A DNA stretch of 64,000 nt from Octopus vulgaris. Its lineage: Eukaryota. Each line of letters starts with the position of its first letter. Position 1 is the stretch's first letter. The stretch lies in NCBI GenBank assembly GCA_951406725.2, contig OX597818.1, positions 115,134,001-115,198,000 on the forward strand. Direction: 5' to 3'. The notes under the pieces are model-generated. The model was not told where the DNA came from. It worked only from the letters and a program-made list of their open reading frames with translations, and ran no database searches. This document shows, one piece after another, positions 14,117 to 27,046 of the stretch. The position numbers and the translations under genes are program-made.

Positions 14117-14240
14117 TTTATACTTTTATCGCCTTCAAATCATTCTCCGTTTGAAGCAATGCGTCGACCCAAACGCGTTTTCCACTGTTCGAAGCACTTC
14201 TGGAACTCTTGCCAAGTGATGCCTTTTAACGCCTTTTCCG
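14117..14240 (-). mobile_element. Mariner transposase C-terminal fragment
   Basis: KALKGITWQEFQKCFEQWKTRLGRRIASNGE*FEGDK. Confidence 0.7.
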
Positions 14241-14427
14241 CTTCTGCAAATTCTGTAGCACCAGCTTTCGTCATCAGTTACTCATTAGACAAGCAACATA
14301 GCCTCGAGCTGACCAATAACTTGGGGTTGGAATTCAAAAACATTTGATAACTATAAACAAATCCTCTGTTTGATTGTTCGGCAACAAATTGCCGAAAACT
14401 CATACGTCGTCTAACGATGAGAGTCCA

Positions 14428-14487
<60 letters not shown>

Positions 14488-14556
14488 TACCAGCTGTGAC
14501 AACCTACATGTATGTGCGTGTGTGTGTTTATATCTATCTATATATGTGTTTGTGTC

Positions 14557-14593
<37 letters not shown>

Positions 14594-15156
14594 GTAGATT
14601 ATATATTTAGTTCCACTGAACTTTCTAACGGAAACAAAAATATAAAAAAAAAAGAATGATCATTTCTACCCATTGCGATAAAGAGTTATTTCTCATTTGT
14701 CAGCATCGCCCGAGCTTTTTAGAAGGAGCCCTATTATTTATAAAAATCAGTCAATTTATGCAACTTTCAGTAACGCATATTTGGCATTAGAAATCTTTTT
14801 CTTTTGCCTTTACTCTTTTACTTGTTTCAGTCATTTGACTGCGGCCATGCTGGAGCACCGCCTTTAATCGAGCAACTCGATCCCGGGACTTATTCTTTTG
14901 TAAGCCCAGTACTTATTCTATCGGTCTCTTTTGCCGAACCGCTAAGTAACGGGGACACAAACGCACCAGCATCGGTTGTCAAGCAATGCTAGGGGGACAA
15001 ACACAGACACACAAACACACACACGCATATATATATATACATATATACGACGGGCCTCTTTCAGTTTCCGTCTACCAAATCCACTCACATGACCTTTAGT
15101 CCCCCACGGTTGATAAAATTTGCCCAAGGTGCCACGCATATATATATATATACATA

Positions 15157-15725
15157 CAGATAAGATAAGAAAAGAAGTGAAGTAACATTTAACAATTAGA
15201 TGGTGATCATTAGTATTGAATGATCATAGTTTAATTATGGTTAAGATAACATTTACAGCTGTTTCAGTTTGTTATTTTTGAGGTAAACTTGCGTTTATCT
15301 CGTTCCATGTAACAAACATCATCAAAATGATTTGAGCTTAACCTGAGAAATATTTTTTCCTTTTTTTTCTCCTGTCAACCTTCGATCTCCCAGTCAATAT
15401 TTCTCTGGTAAAGTTCAAATCATTCTGATGAGGTTTGTTGCATGGAACGAGATATACGCAAGTTTATCTCAAAAATAACAAGCTGAAGCATGTGTAAACG
15501 TTATCTTAACCATATTTAAACCATTATCATTCAATACTAACGATCAACTTCTAATTGTAACATGTTACTTCATTTCTTCTCTTATCTTATCTGAATATAT
15601 TAAACCACGGTTTACTCTTAAACTACCAACTACTGTTAACCTTACATCATGACATTAGTTAGGTAACGCACCAGTAGCGCCTACGGATACATTTATCCCT
15701 AAGACTAACTACTAACTCATAATTT
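15157..15725. mobile_element. Fold-back element (arms about 15157-15354 / 15396-15593) with a hammerhead motif in each arm
   Basis: Diverged inverted repeat of about 200 bp next to (TA)n. Consensus of the arms: catt CTGATGA ggtttgtt..aacaaact GAAAC AGCT GTA aatg. Confidence 0.75.
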
Positions 15726-16734
15726 TGTGTGTGTATACTTGCATAAGGTATAGCCGGGTACATCTCCTCTGAGGAGCGGTCAACAAAACGGGAAAATGTC
15801 CGTTAGGAGACTCCCCCAACTCTGTTATAGAAATAATGTGTTTTACGTTCTTATTTAACCCACAGTGAATCTTTATAATATTTAATTTTTTTCGTCTGAT
15901 TTACGCTGTGTTGTGCATAACATATGTTGTTTAATTAATGACAAACTATTAAAACTTACAGATACGCTAATAAGGCTGTCCATCACGGCAGCAGCGTTGT
16001 AGATAGACAAATAATTTATGTTATTAACTGGGGAAGGAATTCGGCAATATTTTCACTAAGGAGCGATCTGCAAACCATGAAACGGTCTGACAGGAGACAC
16101 ATCTCCCTTTTTCCACACATCACGAACAAAATTTCTTTTTTTTTATTTCGTCCAGAGAGATACTTTGTAACATGTGTGTGCGCGCGCACGTGTGTGTGTG
16201 TGTGTGTACATACACACACGCACATAAATAAAGTTAAGACAACAGAATGGTTAAAAATAGTAAAAGAAGGATTCTTTGAGTGACTGTGCATCCTTCCATC
16301 TTTTTTCTGCAAAGGTTTCAGTTTGATCGAAGAGTTATCATCCTTTGATGCGGTATTCTCAATCACCCAAATCAACCACTAAAATATGTAGTACTCAATA
16401 CAAAATACGAGTGTAGTTTCATACTTTTATATAATACTTCGCTCGACGATTGAAAATCAGTCCTAATCAAAATTATTGTAGTGCGAATAACAAACATTGG
16501 TGCTTTGTTGTACTACTATAATAAAATCAATATATACAAATTATGATAATAAAAAACATACAGTACTGTTACTACTTTGCGGATTTTCACCTATCGAGGG
16601 ATGGGGGTTGGGATGTAACACCCGCGGTAGTCCAGAGATTGCTGTATTTATATAAATAAATATTAGGAATTGTATAAAAACAATCATTAAAATAATTTGT
16701 GTATTGTAGAAGTACAACCAATTTATTCCAGCTC

Positions 16735-17097
16735 TATTTTTAAGTGGTTAAAAGCGCGGACTACCAACCCCAAGATTCCGAGTTCGATTCCAGGCAGGGA
16801 ACTGAATAATAATAATAATAATTATAATAATCATGATAATAATTATAATAATAATTATAATAATTATAATAATAATTATAATAATAATTATAATTATAAT
16901 AATAATTATTATAATAATGATAATAATAATAACAACAACAGCAACAACAACGAAAAATACCAAAGGAATGAGAACCCAGGTTCGAAATTTCTCTAAGACA
17001 CCTGATGAAGGCTGGAGAGTATATCAGCCGAAACGTTGTGTTAACAACAAACAATATGAGGACAAATATCCGTCAAATGTAAATAATGTAAACAACT
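16735..17097 (+). mobile_element. tRNA-headed SINE-like element with internal (AAT)n and a 3' hammerhead module
   Basis: agtggttaaaagcgcggactaccaaccccaagattccgagttcgattccaggc is tRNA-like (A and B boxes). It is followed by (AAT)n/(AAC)n and the hammerhead at 16997-17042. Confidence 0.65.
16997..17042 (+). ncRNA. Minimal type I hammerhead ribozyme
   Basis: GACAC CTGATGA a GGCTGG-agagtata-TCAGCC GAAAC GTT GTGTT. Stem I GACAC/GTGTT, 6-bp stem II, palindromic AACGTT in place of stem III. Confidence 0.8.
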
Positions 17098-17431
17098 AAT
17101 TTATTGTAGGTAAATTTTAACAGCAAAATCTTAAATGAACCCACAGTGGTCACATGGGACCCCTGTTGAGAGTCACTGAATTCTACACCGTTCTTGATTG
17201 AGCAGACCTGTGATTGAAAGCACTCCAGTCGTGATCATCCCGTATTTTATTAAACAGTTTATCGAGAAGAATATTATGCTACGTCTCTTTTCACACAATA
17301 GCGTGTGGTGATATGATGGGAGATTTAGCTGTTATTTCAAGCACTTCGAGTGACTATGTAGAGGTTCCTTATCAGTTTATGCTGTTGGTGTATAGTTGCT
17401 ATGGAAACGCTACCTTAACATTTCATTACTT

Positions 17432-18275
17432 ACTAGCAGAATTGCCCGGCGTTGCTCGGGGCTGAATTGCTTGAAAGTACTGTTAATGATTGCACTGAAT
17501 TATGATGATTATTCAGGCAAATATTGAAATAAGCTTACGGTGGGAGATAAGGACTTAACGCCAAACGTGTGCCATTGCATTGTTTTGGGGGAACCAAATT
17601 TCTGATGAGCATTATAGGGGCACTAACTTTAAGTTTGAGAAAGTGTGGTGGTAGTCCGGGGTGCTCAAAGGAATTGAGTACCTCTATTGGATAGTTGATG
17701 ACGTCCTCTGGGTCAGGAGTTGTATCGATAGACTGATATACATCGACTTCCCCAGGAATGAGTTTTAGCATTTCATCATTAATATGGTGAACAGTTTTAT
17801 TCCTCGGGGCCAGTATAGCCTTTTTGCCAATCCAATCCATATTCTGATAATTAGCTTGTAAATCTGGGAACACTGCATCTCTGAGATCAGAAGGCGTCTT
17901 AACAATGGTACAAATGGAATCGATGGCAATATTACCATTTTCATCCCCTGGTATTTTGCCTTCGCCAAGTGCAAGGAGGGTGTGAGGAAATGTTGGTGAT
18001 GTGATATTACGTCGCATATGAGCACGCATATTGGTGTGAAGTTTGAGAGTTACTTCCGTTTATTTTTAAAAATATGCATTAAAATGGAAAAAAATTATGG
18101 TAAATTATTTGTAAAATCATAGACTCATCGTAGACGCGCGCTAATACCCAGAAGGGCTCGATATGAATCACGACTATAAGATACCCGGTTTTGGTTAAAC
18201 TGCATCGCAAAATGTGGGAGTAGTTAGGAATCTAAATCGGAGTAGACAGACACACAACCTTTCTTTTATATATAA
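17432..18275 (-). mobile_element. Helitron/Helentron-type element with a Pif1 helicase fragment (17535-18045, minus strand)
   Basis: LLALGEG...VFPDL...KAILAPRNKTVHHINDEMLKLIPGE...YPIEVLNSFEHPGLPPHFLKLKVSAPIMLIRNL..PKQCNGTRL is a Helitron Pif1 helicase segment. Ends (actagcag..gcccggcgttgctcggg; gggagtagttaggaatctaaatcg) are shared with 19158-19795. Confidence 0.88.
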
Positions 18276-18659
18276 ATACATACATACACACACACATACA
18301 TACACACACACACACACACACATACATGCATACATACATATACACATAAACCGAGTAGAAAATTTCAGTTATCTCTCTCTTTCACACATTACTCTCTCTG
18401 TCTCTTCACACACACTAACAGAAGCACTTCACTTACACAACATACTGTCTGTCTCCCACACTCCATCAAACACACACACACACACACACATGTACATCAA
18501 TGAGTCCCATGCACGGTAACTTCAAAGGAACTTCCCTCGTCATACAATCGCTTTCTCTTAGTCTCTTTCGCTCTCATTACTTACGTAAAAAAATAAAAGT
18601 TTTTTCTATGTGTGTAAAGAGGAAGTGGGAGGCAGAGTGAAAGAATCACTCACTACAGT

Positions 18660-18938
18660 AAGTGAATTACTTTCATTTTATTCCTTGCCCACTGTGTGTG
18701 TGCGTTTGCGTGTGGTGTAAACCAGACTAAGAAAAGCATTTGACACACACACCAGAATGTGAGTTTTCTGTAAATTTTGCTTAATTGGAGTTTAAATTTT
18801 AAAAACTGGACCTGGCATGACGCGATGCATTGTATTCTTAAAACTGCTAGGTAAATTGTAATTGAAGAAATCCTATATTGTAGATTTGTATAACTCCCAA
18901 AGGGAGGCAGATAAAATCTGCCTTTTATAATAAGAGAT
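18660..18938 (+). mobile_element. Helitron/HINE-like terminal segment, duplicated at about 20720-20993
   Basis: Near-identical copies, both ending in the hairpin aggcagat-aaa-atctgcct followed by tttataataagagat. Confidence 0.6.
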
Positions 18939-19157
18939 ATATATATATATATATCATCATCATCATCCTCATCATCGTTTAACGTCCGTTCTCCATGCTA
19001 GCATGGGTTGGACGGTTCGACCGGGGATCTGGGAAGCCAGAAGGCTGCACCAGGCTCCAGTCTTATCTGGCAATGTTTCTACAGCTGGATGCCCTTCCTA
19101 ACGCCAACCACTCCGTGAGTGTAGTGGGTGCTTTTTACGTGCCACCTTTATATATAT

Positions 19158-19795
19158 ACTAGCAGTATCGCCCGGCGTTGCTCGGGTTTGTAAGGGAAAT
19201 AACTATATAAGCATTTTTAGAGAGTTATAGCAAAAAAATAGCAAAAAATGCATTAAAAATGGAAAAAATATGATGGTAAATTTTTTTTAAAATCGTTGAC
19301 TCATCGTAGACATTTTTAGAGAGTTACTTCCCTTATATAATAGCGAAAAAATGCATTAAAATGGAAAAAAAACGATGGTAAATTTTTTTTTAAATCGTAG
19401 ACTCATGTAGACGCTTTCTTAGCCATTTCTGTTTTGGTGTCTTCAAGCCATGAAGTCGTTGTTCTAAAAGAACACTGGTCTCCTTGACAACGCATTACGA
19501 CGTTGATTTCCTTACACTCCCTTCCCCACAGGTGCAGGTGTGAGCGTGGACGCCAACTCCGCCGCCATCGACACACGAAAAATTATGCATTAAAATGGAA
19601 TAAAAAATGATGTTAAATTATTTTTAAAATCGTAGACTCATCGTAGACGCGCGCTAATATTCAGACGGGCTCGATATGAATCACGACTATAAGCTACCCG
19701 AATTTGGTTAAACTGTACCGCAAAATGTGGGAGTAGTTAGGAATCTAAATCGAAGGGGACAGACACTCACACAACTACAGTTTTATATATATAGA
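19158..19795. mobile_element. Non-autonomous copy of the 17432 Helitron-type family
   Basis: Same termini; internal tandem subrepeats atgcattaaaatggaaaaaa...aatcgtagactcatcgtagac. Confidence 0.8.
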
Positions 19796-19804
19796 TATAC
19801 ATAG

Positions 19805-20165
19805 CGCAGTAGTGGTGAGATATGACAGCAAAGAAAAGCATACATTCACTCTCTGCATGCAATTAGACTCGGAAAGTTCGTGAGGAACCCATTGACCCAA
19901 TTTGCTGACTTTTCCGATAGCACACAGGTCTCAATGAATGGTTGAATGACCAAATCCAAGCTTCTCTGCTAGTTCCTCAACAGTTACGATGAGATTTTGT
20001 TCCACCAGGGTTTTCAGGATGTCCTTGTCGAGTTCTACAGATCTTTCAGGATGAGGCTCGTCTTCTAGGCTGTAGTTTATGGCTCGGGATTTCTGGAACC
20101 ACCATTGACACTGCCTTACGCTTATTGTCCAATCCCCATATACTGCATTAATATTTCTTGTACTT
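19805..20165 (-). mobile_element. Mariner transposase N-terminal (HTH) pseudogene fragment
   Basis: RNINAVYGDWTISVRQCQWWFQK...SLEDEPHPERSVELDKDILKTLVEQNLIVTVEELAEKLGFGHSTIH*DLCAIGKVSKLGQWVPHELSE; contains the WVPHEL motif. Confidence 0.88.
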
Positions 20166-20483
20166 TGCACACATTTATATTCTGTTATTCTTTTATATGT
20201 TTCAGCCTTGAGGTTGTGGCCATGCTGGATCATGTGTGTGTGTGTGTGTGTGTGTGTCTATCTGTCTGTCTGTCTGTATGTATATATGTATATGTATGTG
20301 TGTGAACAATAATATTTTCAACAGATGTGTTGCAAATGTATCTGATTGTTCTCAAGCTTCAATACTGTGTGTGTGTGTTTGTGTGTGTGTGTGTATGTAT
20401 GTATGTATATGTATGTATGTATGTATATGTATGTATGTATGTGTGTATGTATGTATGTGTGTGTGTATGTATGTGTGTGTGTA

Positions 20484-20520
<37 letters not shown>

Positions 20521-21516
20521 ATGTATGTATGTATGTATGTATGTATGTATGTATGTATGTATGTATCTATGAGTGTATGTTTACTTTATTACTAATTACT
20601 CTCTTCCAAGAACATTTTCACTCACTCTTAGCTCTTAGCTTCCCATACATTTTACTCATATATCTATCAGCGTCATAGACAGAATACTTTCACTTTAGTC
20701 TTCCTCAAATCATTGTCGCTATTTACTTTCATTTTATTCGTTGCCCACTGTGTGTGTGCGTTTGCGTGTGGTGTAAACCAGACTAAGAAAAGCATTTGAC
20801 ACACACACCAGAATGTGAGTTTTCTGTAAATTTTGCTTAATTGGAGTTTAAATTTTAAAAACTGGACCTGGCATGACGCGATGCATTGTACTCTCAAAAA
20901 TGCCAGGTAAATTGTAATTGAAGAAATCCTATATTGTAGATTTGTATAACTCCCAAAGGGAGGCAGATAAAATCTGCCTTTTATAATAAGAGATCAGACT
21001 GTCCTATTAACCTAAAAATCGATAATTCCAAAGTTCAGGGTTCATATAAAGCTTACAGTACGTGAATGCAGGAACGAAATTTGCTTAGTGAGGTGCAGTC
21101 ATAGGTCCAAACCGGAATGTTAAAAGCGTTTTCCATTGCTCCCCAAATCCCCCCAAGAATGTTAGGAGTTGCACTTGCACCCCCTACATACCCTCTTCCT
21201 AACCTTATACTCTTTTACACTTTTACTTGTTTCAGTCATTTGACTGCGGCCATGCTGGAGCACCGCCTTTAGGCGAGCAAATCGACCCCAGGACTTATTC
21301 TTTGTAAGCGTAGTACTTATTCTATCGGCCTTTTTGCCGAACCGCTAAGTAACGGGGACGTAAACACACCAGCATCGGTTGTCAAGCGATGTTGGGGGAC
21401 AAACACACACACACACACAAACATATATATATGTGTGTGTGTGTATAATAGTGTTTAAACATGCTAGCCATCGGTATGAAAATTTTTCTAAATCTTCTAC
21501 CCTTATTATTTTCACA

Positions 21517-21575
<59 letters not shown>

Positions 21576-21640
21576 CCATGCTGCACTGCTGAACTCTACA
21601 CTTTATTTTTCATTCTCTCATTGTTTATTTCCACTCATTC

Positions 21641-21676
21641 CTTTCTGCTGAAGACCGTAGGTTCGAAACGTAAGAG
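21641..21676 (+). ncRNA. Degenerate minimal hammerhead in a short TA-flanked element (about 21575-21770)
   Basis: CTTT CTGCTGA a GACC gtag GTTC GAAAC GTA AGAG; core A6 changed and one mismatch in stem II. Confidence 0.5.
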
Positions 21677-23164
21677 ACGTTTTCATTTTTCCCGATGGTC
21701 AAACTAATACACCTGCTTGTTGTTCCTACACCTGTCTTCGTCTTTTGTTTTCCTTTAAATTTCAACTATATAGATACACACACATATATATATATTATGT
21801 TGCCAAAAAGTCATCACTTTATATATATATATATATATATATATTTATAATGTGTGTGTGTGTGCCTGCTTGATAACTGGTGCTGGTGTGTTTTATGTTC
21901 CCGTAACCAAGTGGTTCGGCTAAAGAGACTGATAGAATAGGTACCAGGGTTTAAAAAATAAATATTGCGTCGATTCATTCGACTAAGATTTCCCAAGGCG
22001 GTGCCCCAGTATGGCTGCAGTCTGATAACTTGTGAAAGAAGAGATAAAACGGGAAATGATAAATTTGAAAAAAACATTTAAGAAATACCAGTGCTGAGAA
22101 AGATTTGTTTCTAATGAAAACCATTTGGGACGGAAGGGTATAGCGTTACACGTGTTTTATTGGCTTTGAAATATATTCACGAGCAAGATAAGTACAAATT
22201 CGGAAAGAATGTACCAGAAAGAGAAGATACAAATTCAGGAGGGAGAGAAGAAAAACAACTGTAGCTATTTTGGTACAATTTGTTTGATTTTACAGCCGAT
22301 TCGATTTCGGGAGTAGAAGTTAAATTTGGAGATAAGGTGACAGGTAATAAGGCTGTTTCTTCTGTTTATTGTCTTAGAACCTTATTGTGTTGGAGGATAT
22401 TTTTGATAGACAGACCCATTCCCAAAATAATGGAAATCTCGTTAGATGCACTTTTAGATTTTATGAAGTTGTTTACCTTGACGAAAGTAAAATATCTCTT
22501 ACCTTTGAGATTACCACTTACAGAAACGGAAGAGGATGTCGAAGAGCTTGTAATTTATCCTAAAACGGAAGAGGATGTTGAAAGTTGTAAACCCTGCGAT
22601 GCATTCTAAAATTTATTTATTTATAACCGCTTTTCAATTGTAAAATGATGCACGGTTTTAAGTGGCAAAGGTTTTCGCCTTTAACCATAATATATAAATC
22701 AGGAATGTTGTTTTGAGCAAAACCAACTTGGCAGATACGAACTGAATGAAGCGAACAAAAACAAAACGGTTCCGTTATAAATTTATTTCTGTTAACATAT
22801 GTACGATTTGCTCTTGGAGACATTTAGTAATCGTGATACAAAACATACGCTACTAAATGCGTATTATAGTTATACAAAGCTACAAATTGGTACATGACAA
22901 GCATAGTCTATTACTTCAACTTCTCGTAAATGATAGATATTTGTATGTGCGTGTGTGTGTGTGTACATACAACAATAAAAGGAAAATGGGGAGTTTAAAC
23001 TGAAATATGTTAATTTGTTTGCATAATATTATTATATTGTTATCATAATATAAAAAAATAAATATAATCCCTACAATTGTTTCTATTCAAACAAAAACTA
23101 AAGATTCATATTATGGAAATGTTTGGAAAAGAACTTCATCAATGTAAACTGGACGAAAATCACT

Positions 23165-23203
<39 letters not shown>

Positions 23204-23741
23204 GGTTCGAGTTAAACACTTCGTCGGAGAAAAGTGTTAATCAACTTTGAAAGATAAATTAGAATTAATGGAGTGAGAGTAAGGGGGAGAAGAAGAAGGT
23301 GAGAAGTGGGGTTAGAAGGTAAATGTGTCGAGGCAGATTTAAGTGCTTGAGAAGATGGTCAACGGTCAGATCGATAACAGAATATAATTGGTACGCTAAT
23401 TAATAGGAAAAATATTGGGAACAAAGGGGGAAGGCAAAACACATATTCAAATACATACAAACACACAAATGTACGTGTGTGTATTAATAGATATGTGTGA
23501 GTATAGACAGACAAATCTTTGATTCGAAGACATTTTGATATATGTTTGTGCGCATGTATGTATGTATTCAGATATACATATTGGTTTCAAATTTTAACAT
23601 AAGACCAGCAATTTCGTGGGAAGGTTAAGTCGATTATATCGACCCCAGTGTTTAACTGGTACTTATTTTATCCACCCTGAAAGGATGAAAGGTAAAGTCA
23701 ACCTTGGTGGAATTAGAACTCAAAATGTAAGGGCGGACATA

Positions 23742-23839
<98 letters not shown>

Positions 23840-23840
23840 A

Positions 23841-23980
23841 GTGGAGGCGCAATGGCCCAGTGGTTAGGGCAGCGAACTCGCGGTCGTAGGATCCCGGTTC
23901 GGATTCCCAGACCGGGCGTCGTGAGTGTTTTTTGAGCGAAAACACCTAAAGCTCCACAAGGCTCCAGCAGGGGATGGCAG
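23841..23980 (+). mobile_element. tRNA-derived SINE family C, truncated
   Basis: ggaggcgcaatggcccagtggttagggcagc.. head. Other copies at 28750-29228(-), 30561-30720(+), 41669-42050(+) and 60912-61292(-). Confidence 0.85.
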
Positions 23981-24173
23981 CATATTTCTCACGTTCACAA
24001 AAATTGTGCGTCTCCCACGAGCAATCTTCTACTTTTTTTCTATCCAAAATTTTATGTGCTCTACCTACGAATTACGCCGAAAAGAAAAAACATTTGATGG
24101 CCAACGAAACTACAGCCTGAGCTAATTACACTTGTAGCTTCGTTCCAATTCTACGGTTCTCACACACACGTAC

Positions 24174-24236
<63 letters not shown>

Positions 24237-24287
24237 GTGTAGGAAGAAATGGAGCTGAACGAAGATTTAACAAAATTCCTTTTTATT

Positions 24288-24373
24288 ATTTTCAACATAT
24301 GTTTCAAAGGCTGCAAAGTCCCTAATTTGGATTGAATAAGGAAACCATTTTGCAGCCTTCTCTTCAGGAAAAT
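24288..24373 (-). ncRNA. Type I hammerhead ribozyme (left arm)
   Basis: ATTTTC CTGAAGA GAAGGCTGCAAA..TTTGCAGCCTTT GAAAC ATAT GTT GAAAAT. 6-bp stem I, 12-bp stem II, palindrome ACATATGT. Confidence 0.85.
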
Positions 24374-24527
24374 CCAGGAACTTAATTCTCCAACAAAATG
24401 CACAGCAAGCTTTTCGACAAACGCTCGCGAAGAGCCCATGGGATAAATGACCATTTATCCCATGGGCTCCTCGCGAGCCTTTGTCGAAAAGCTTGCTGTG
24501 CATTTTGTTGGAGAATTAAGTTCCTGG

Positions 24528-24613
24528 ATTTTCCTGAAGAGAAGGCTGCAAAATGGTCTCCTTATTCAATCCGAATTAGGGACTTTGCAGCCTTTGAAAC
24601 ATAAGTAGAAAAT
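24528..24613 (+). ncRNA. Type I hammerhead ribozyme (right arm)
   Basis: ATTTTC CTGAAGA GAAGGCTGCAAA..TTTGCAGCCTTT GAAAC ATAA GTA GAAAAT. Confidence 0.85.
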
Positions 24614-25568
24614 AATAAAAAGGAATTTTGTTAAATCTTCGTTCAGCTCCATTTCTTCCTACACTAAATATATAAAACTTCAAATTTCCGCACTAAGGCA
24701 CGGTTTTGAGACCCCATGGTCGTAACCTCAACCGTGATTTTTCTGTTGTGATTTTTGATACCCAGGTATCGGTTATCATTTGAATAATCCGTAACAAGAT
24801 AATTCATTTATCCATTTCAATAATTATATATATATATATATATTTGTTTATTTCTTGTCTCTGTTTTGTTTTGTTTTTGTATTTTTGTCATATCTAATCG
24901 CATGGCAATGTTGACGTCACAGAGTTAATCTATTAGATTTATTTCTTTATTTTATGTATTTCTTTATTTTAATCTATTAATCTTTAGAAAAAGGAAAACT
25001 AAACTGCAGAATGATAATGCATTTATCACAATAGTGAGATGACCAAATAGATAATTATTGCGTAGGCCATGGGCTCAGGTCATGAGTTCAATTCCAACTC
25101 AGCGCAGGCATTTTGTTCTGTTTCCAGAAATCATATTTCTCTTAAACACATATCCTACCGTTATAAAATAGGAATGGCACTTTGGATAATGTAGTCCTAT
25201 ATAGACAATGCCCTAGAGAATGACGAGATTGTCAAGGCTTGAACACATTTAATCATAAGTCTGTTCGAGAAAGTTTTATCTGGGGCTGGACAATTAGTAC
25301 TACAGCATCGAAAATAATATCTTCGGGGTCAACGAATGTGACTGTATGGCCAATTGTCTTACTAGAAATAGCAACCGAATCCCTCGCACATCATAACCTT
25401 CCATTATTAAAAAAGGAATTTAATACATATAACAAATAATGTAGTCAGAGGTATTATTACATATCTCAGGGAGAAAAAAATATACTGGATGGTCATGGTT
25501 GGAAAACTTTGTATAGAGGTTTATGCGATTAGAACTGGGCACAGACGAAACAACAACCACTACTACTA

Positions 25569-25613
<45 letters not shown>

Positions 25614-25851
25614 AACTCATTTATACATTCTTTAATAATTATAATAATCAGGATGATAACTTCATCTTTTACTTGTTTCCGTCATTAGACTGCGGCCATG
25701 CTGAGGCACAGCATTGAAGCCGGGTACTTATTCAGTCTCTTTCAAAGAACTGCTAAGTTACGGCGACGCAACCAAATCAACACCGGTTGTTAAGCGGTGT
25801 AATAGGGGACAAACAGACCCAAACACACACACACACATAAATATAAATATA

Positions 25852-25961
<110 letters not shown>

Positions 25962-26636
25962 CCAACGAACGTGAATTTGCTTTATTAATAAAGTATATAT
26001 GCAACGGGCTTCTTTCTGTTTCCGTCTGCTCACAAGGCGCTTCGGTCGTCCTTAGGTTATCGAAGAAGACACTTGCCCAAGGTAACACACAGTAGGACTG
26101 AACCCGGAACCATGTTGTTGGGAAGAAAACTTATTATGACTCAGCTACGCCTGTGGACTCTTCGTAATGAAAACCAGTAAATTTCTTATCTCACATCCTC
26201 CGAGGTTGCCAATATGTCAGACATGACGCAAAGAAAAAAGACTATTTAAAACCGACACTCCAGTCCTACAAGTTTATCGTTTTATACAGGCCAACCTCAC
26301 TCTGGTTGTTTGACCGTCGTCTTATGCAATTATCATCATAACAACCAAGGTATCTGGATGGCTAAGTATGACATGGGCTTTGTTTATACTCCACCCGCAT
26401 TCCTTACAGATAAGAGGATTTGCTTTATCATGTTGCGGCCTTGCTTTATCGTGTCGGACGTTCAGCGGGATATCTACTAGAATCATTATTTGCATGTAGC
26501 AACAGATTCTCCACTTCTCCTCCACCTTCCTACATCGTTCTGTCTATATATTATTTTTTTTATTTTTTCTCTTTTCCGTCTTACGTGTGTTGGGTATGGC
26601 CGTATGTGTATGTGTGCATGAATATACGTGTATGTA

Positions 26637-27046
26637 CCTATTTCTTTACTACCCACAAGAGGCTAAACACAGAGGGGACAAACAAGGACAGAAAAACGAA
26701 TTAAGTCGATTATATCGACCCCAGTGCGTAACTGGTACTTATTTAATCGACCCCGAAAGGATGAAAGGCAAAGTTGACCTCGGCGGAATTTGAACTCAGA
26801 ACGTAGCGGCAGACGAAATACCTATTTCTTTACTACCCACAAGGGGCTAAACACGGAGAGGACAGACAAAGGGAATAAGTCGATTACATCGATCCCCAGT
26901 GCGTAACTGGTACTTAATTTATCGACCCCGAAAGGATGAAAGGCAAAGTTGACCTCGGCGGAATTTGAACACACAACGTAACGGCAGACGAAATACCGCT
27001 AAGCATTTCGCCTGACGTGCTAACGATTCTGCCAGCTCGCCGCCCT
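26637..27046 (-). mobile_element. SINE family A, dimeric, CpG-intact
   Basis: Two tandem bodies with the gcctttcatcctttcggggtcgat core; head reads ggcggcgagctggcagaa on the minus strand. Confidence 0.9.

Larger units (their letters stand above)
24228..24830. mobile_element. Fold-back element: about 445-bp palindrome (centre 24450/24451) plus a unique extension, between (TA)n tracts
   Basis: Arms 24228-24449 and 24452-24673 are reverse complements with only a few substitutions. Confidence 0.9.

Noticed and set aside
22280-22609. 109-aa ORF containing ...GDKVT-G|gtaata as a possible first SDR exon
   Set aside because: Lacks the hydrophobic beta-strand (xVLIT) and a plausible start or membrane anchor; no recognisable family.
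23841-23915. tRNA-like sequences at SINE heads (also 8980, 16740, 30561, 41669)
   Set aside because: They continue into SINE bodies and lack a proper acceptor stem; not tRNA genes.
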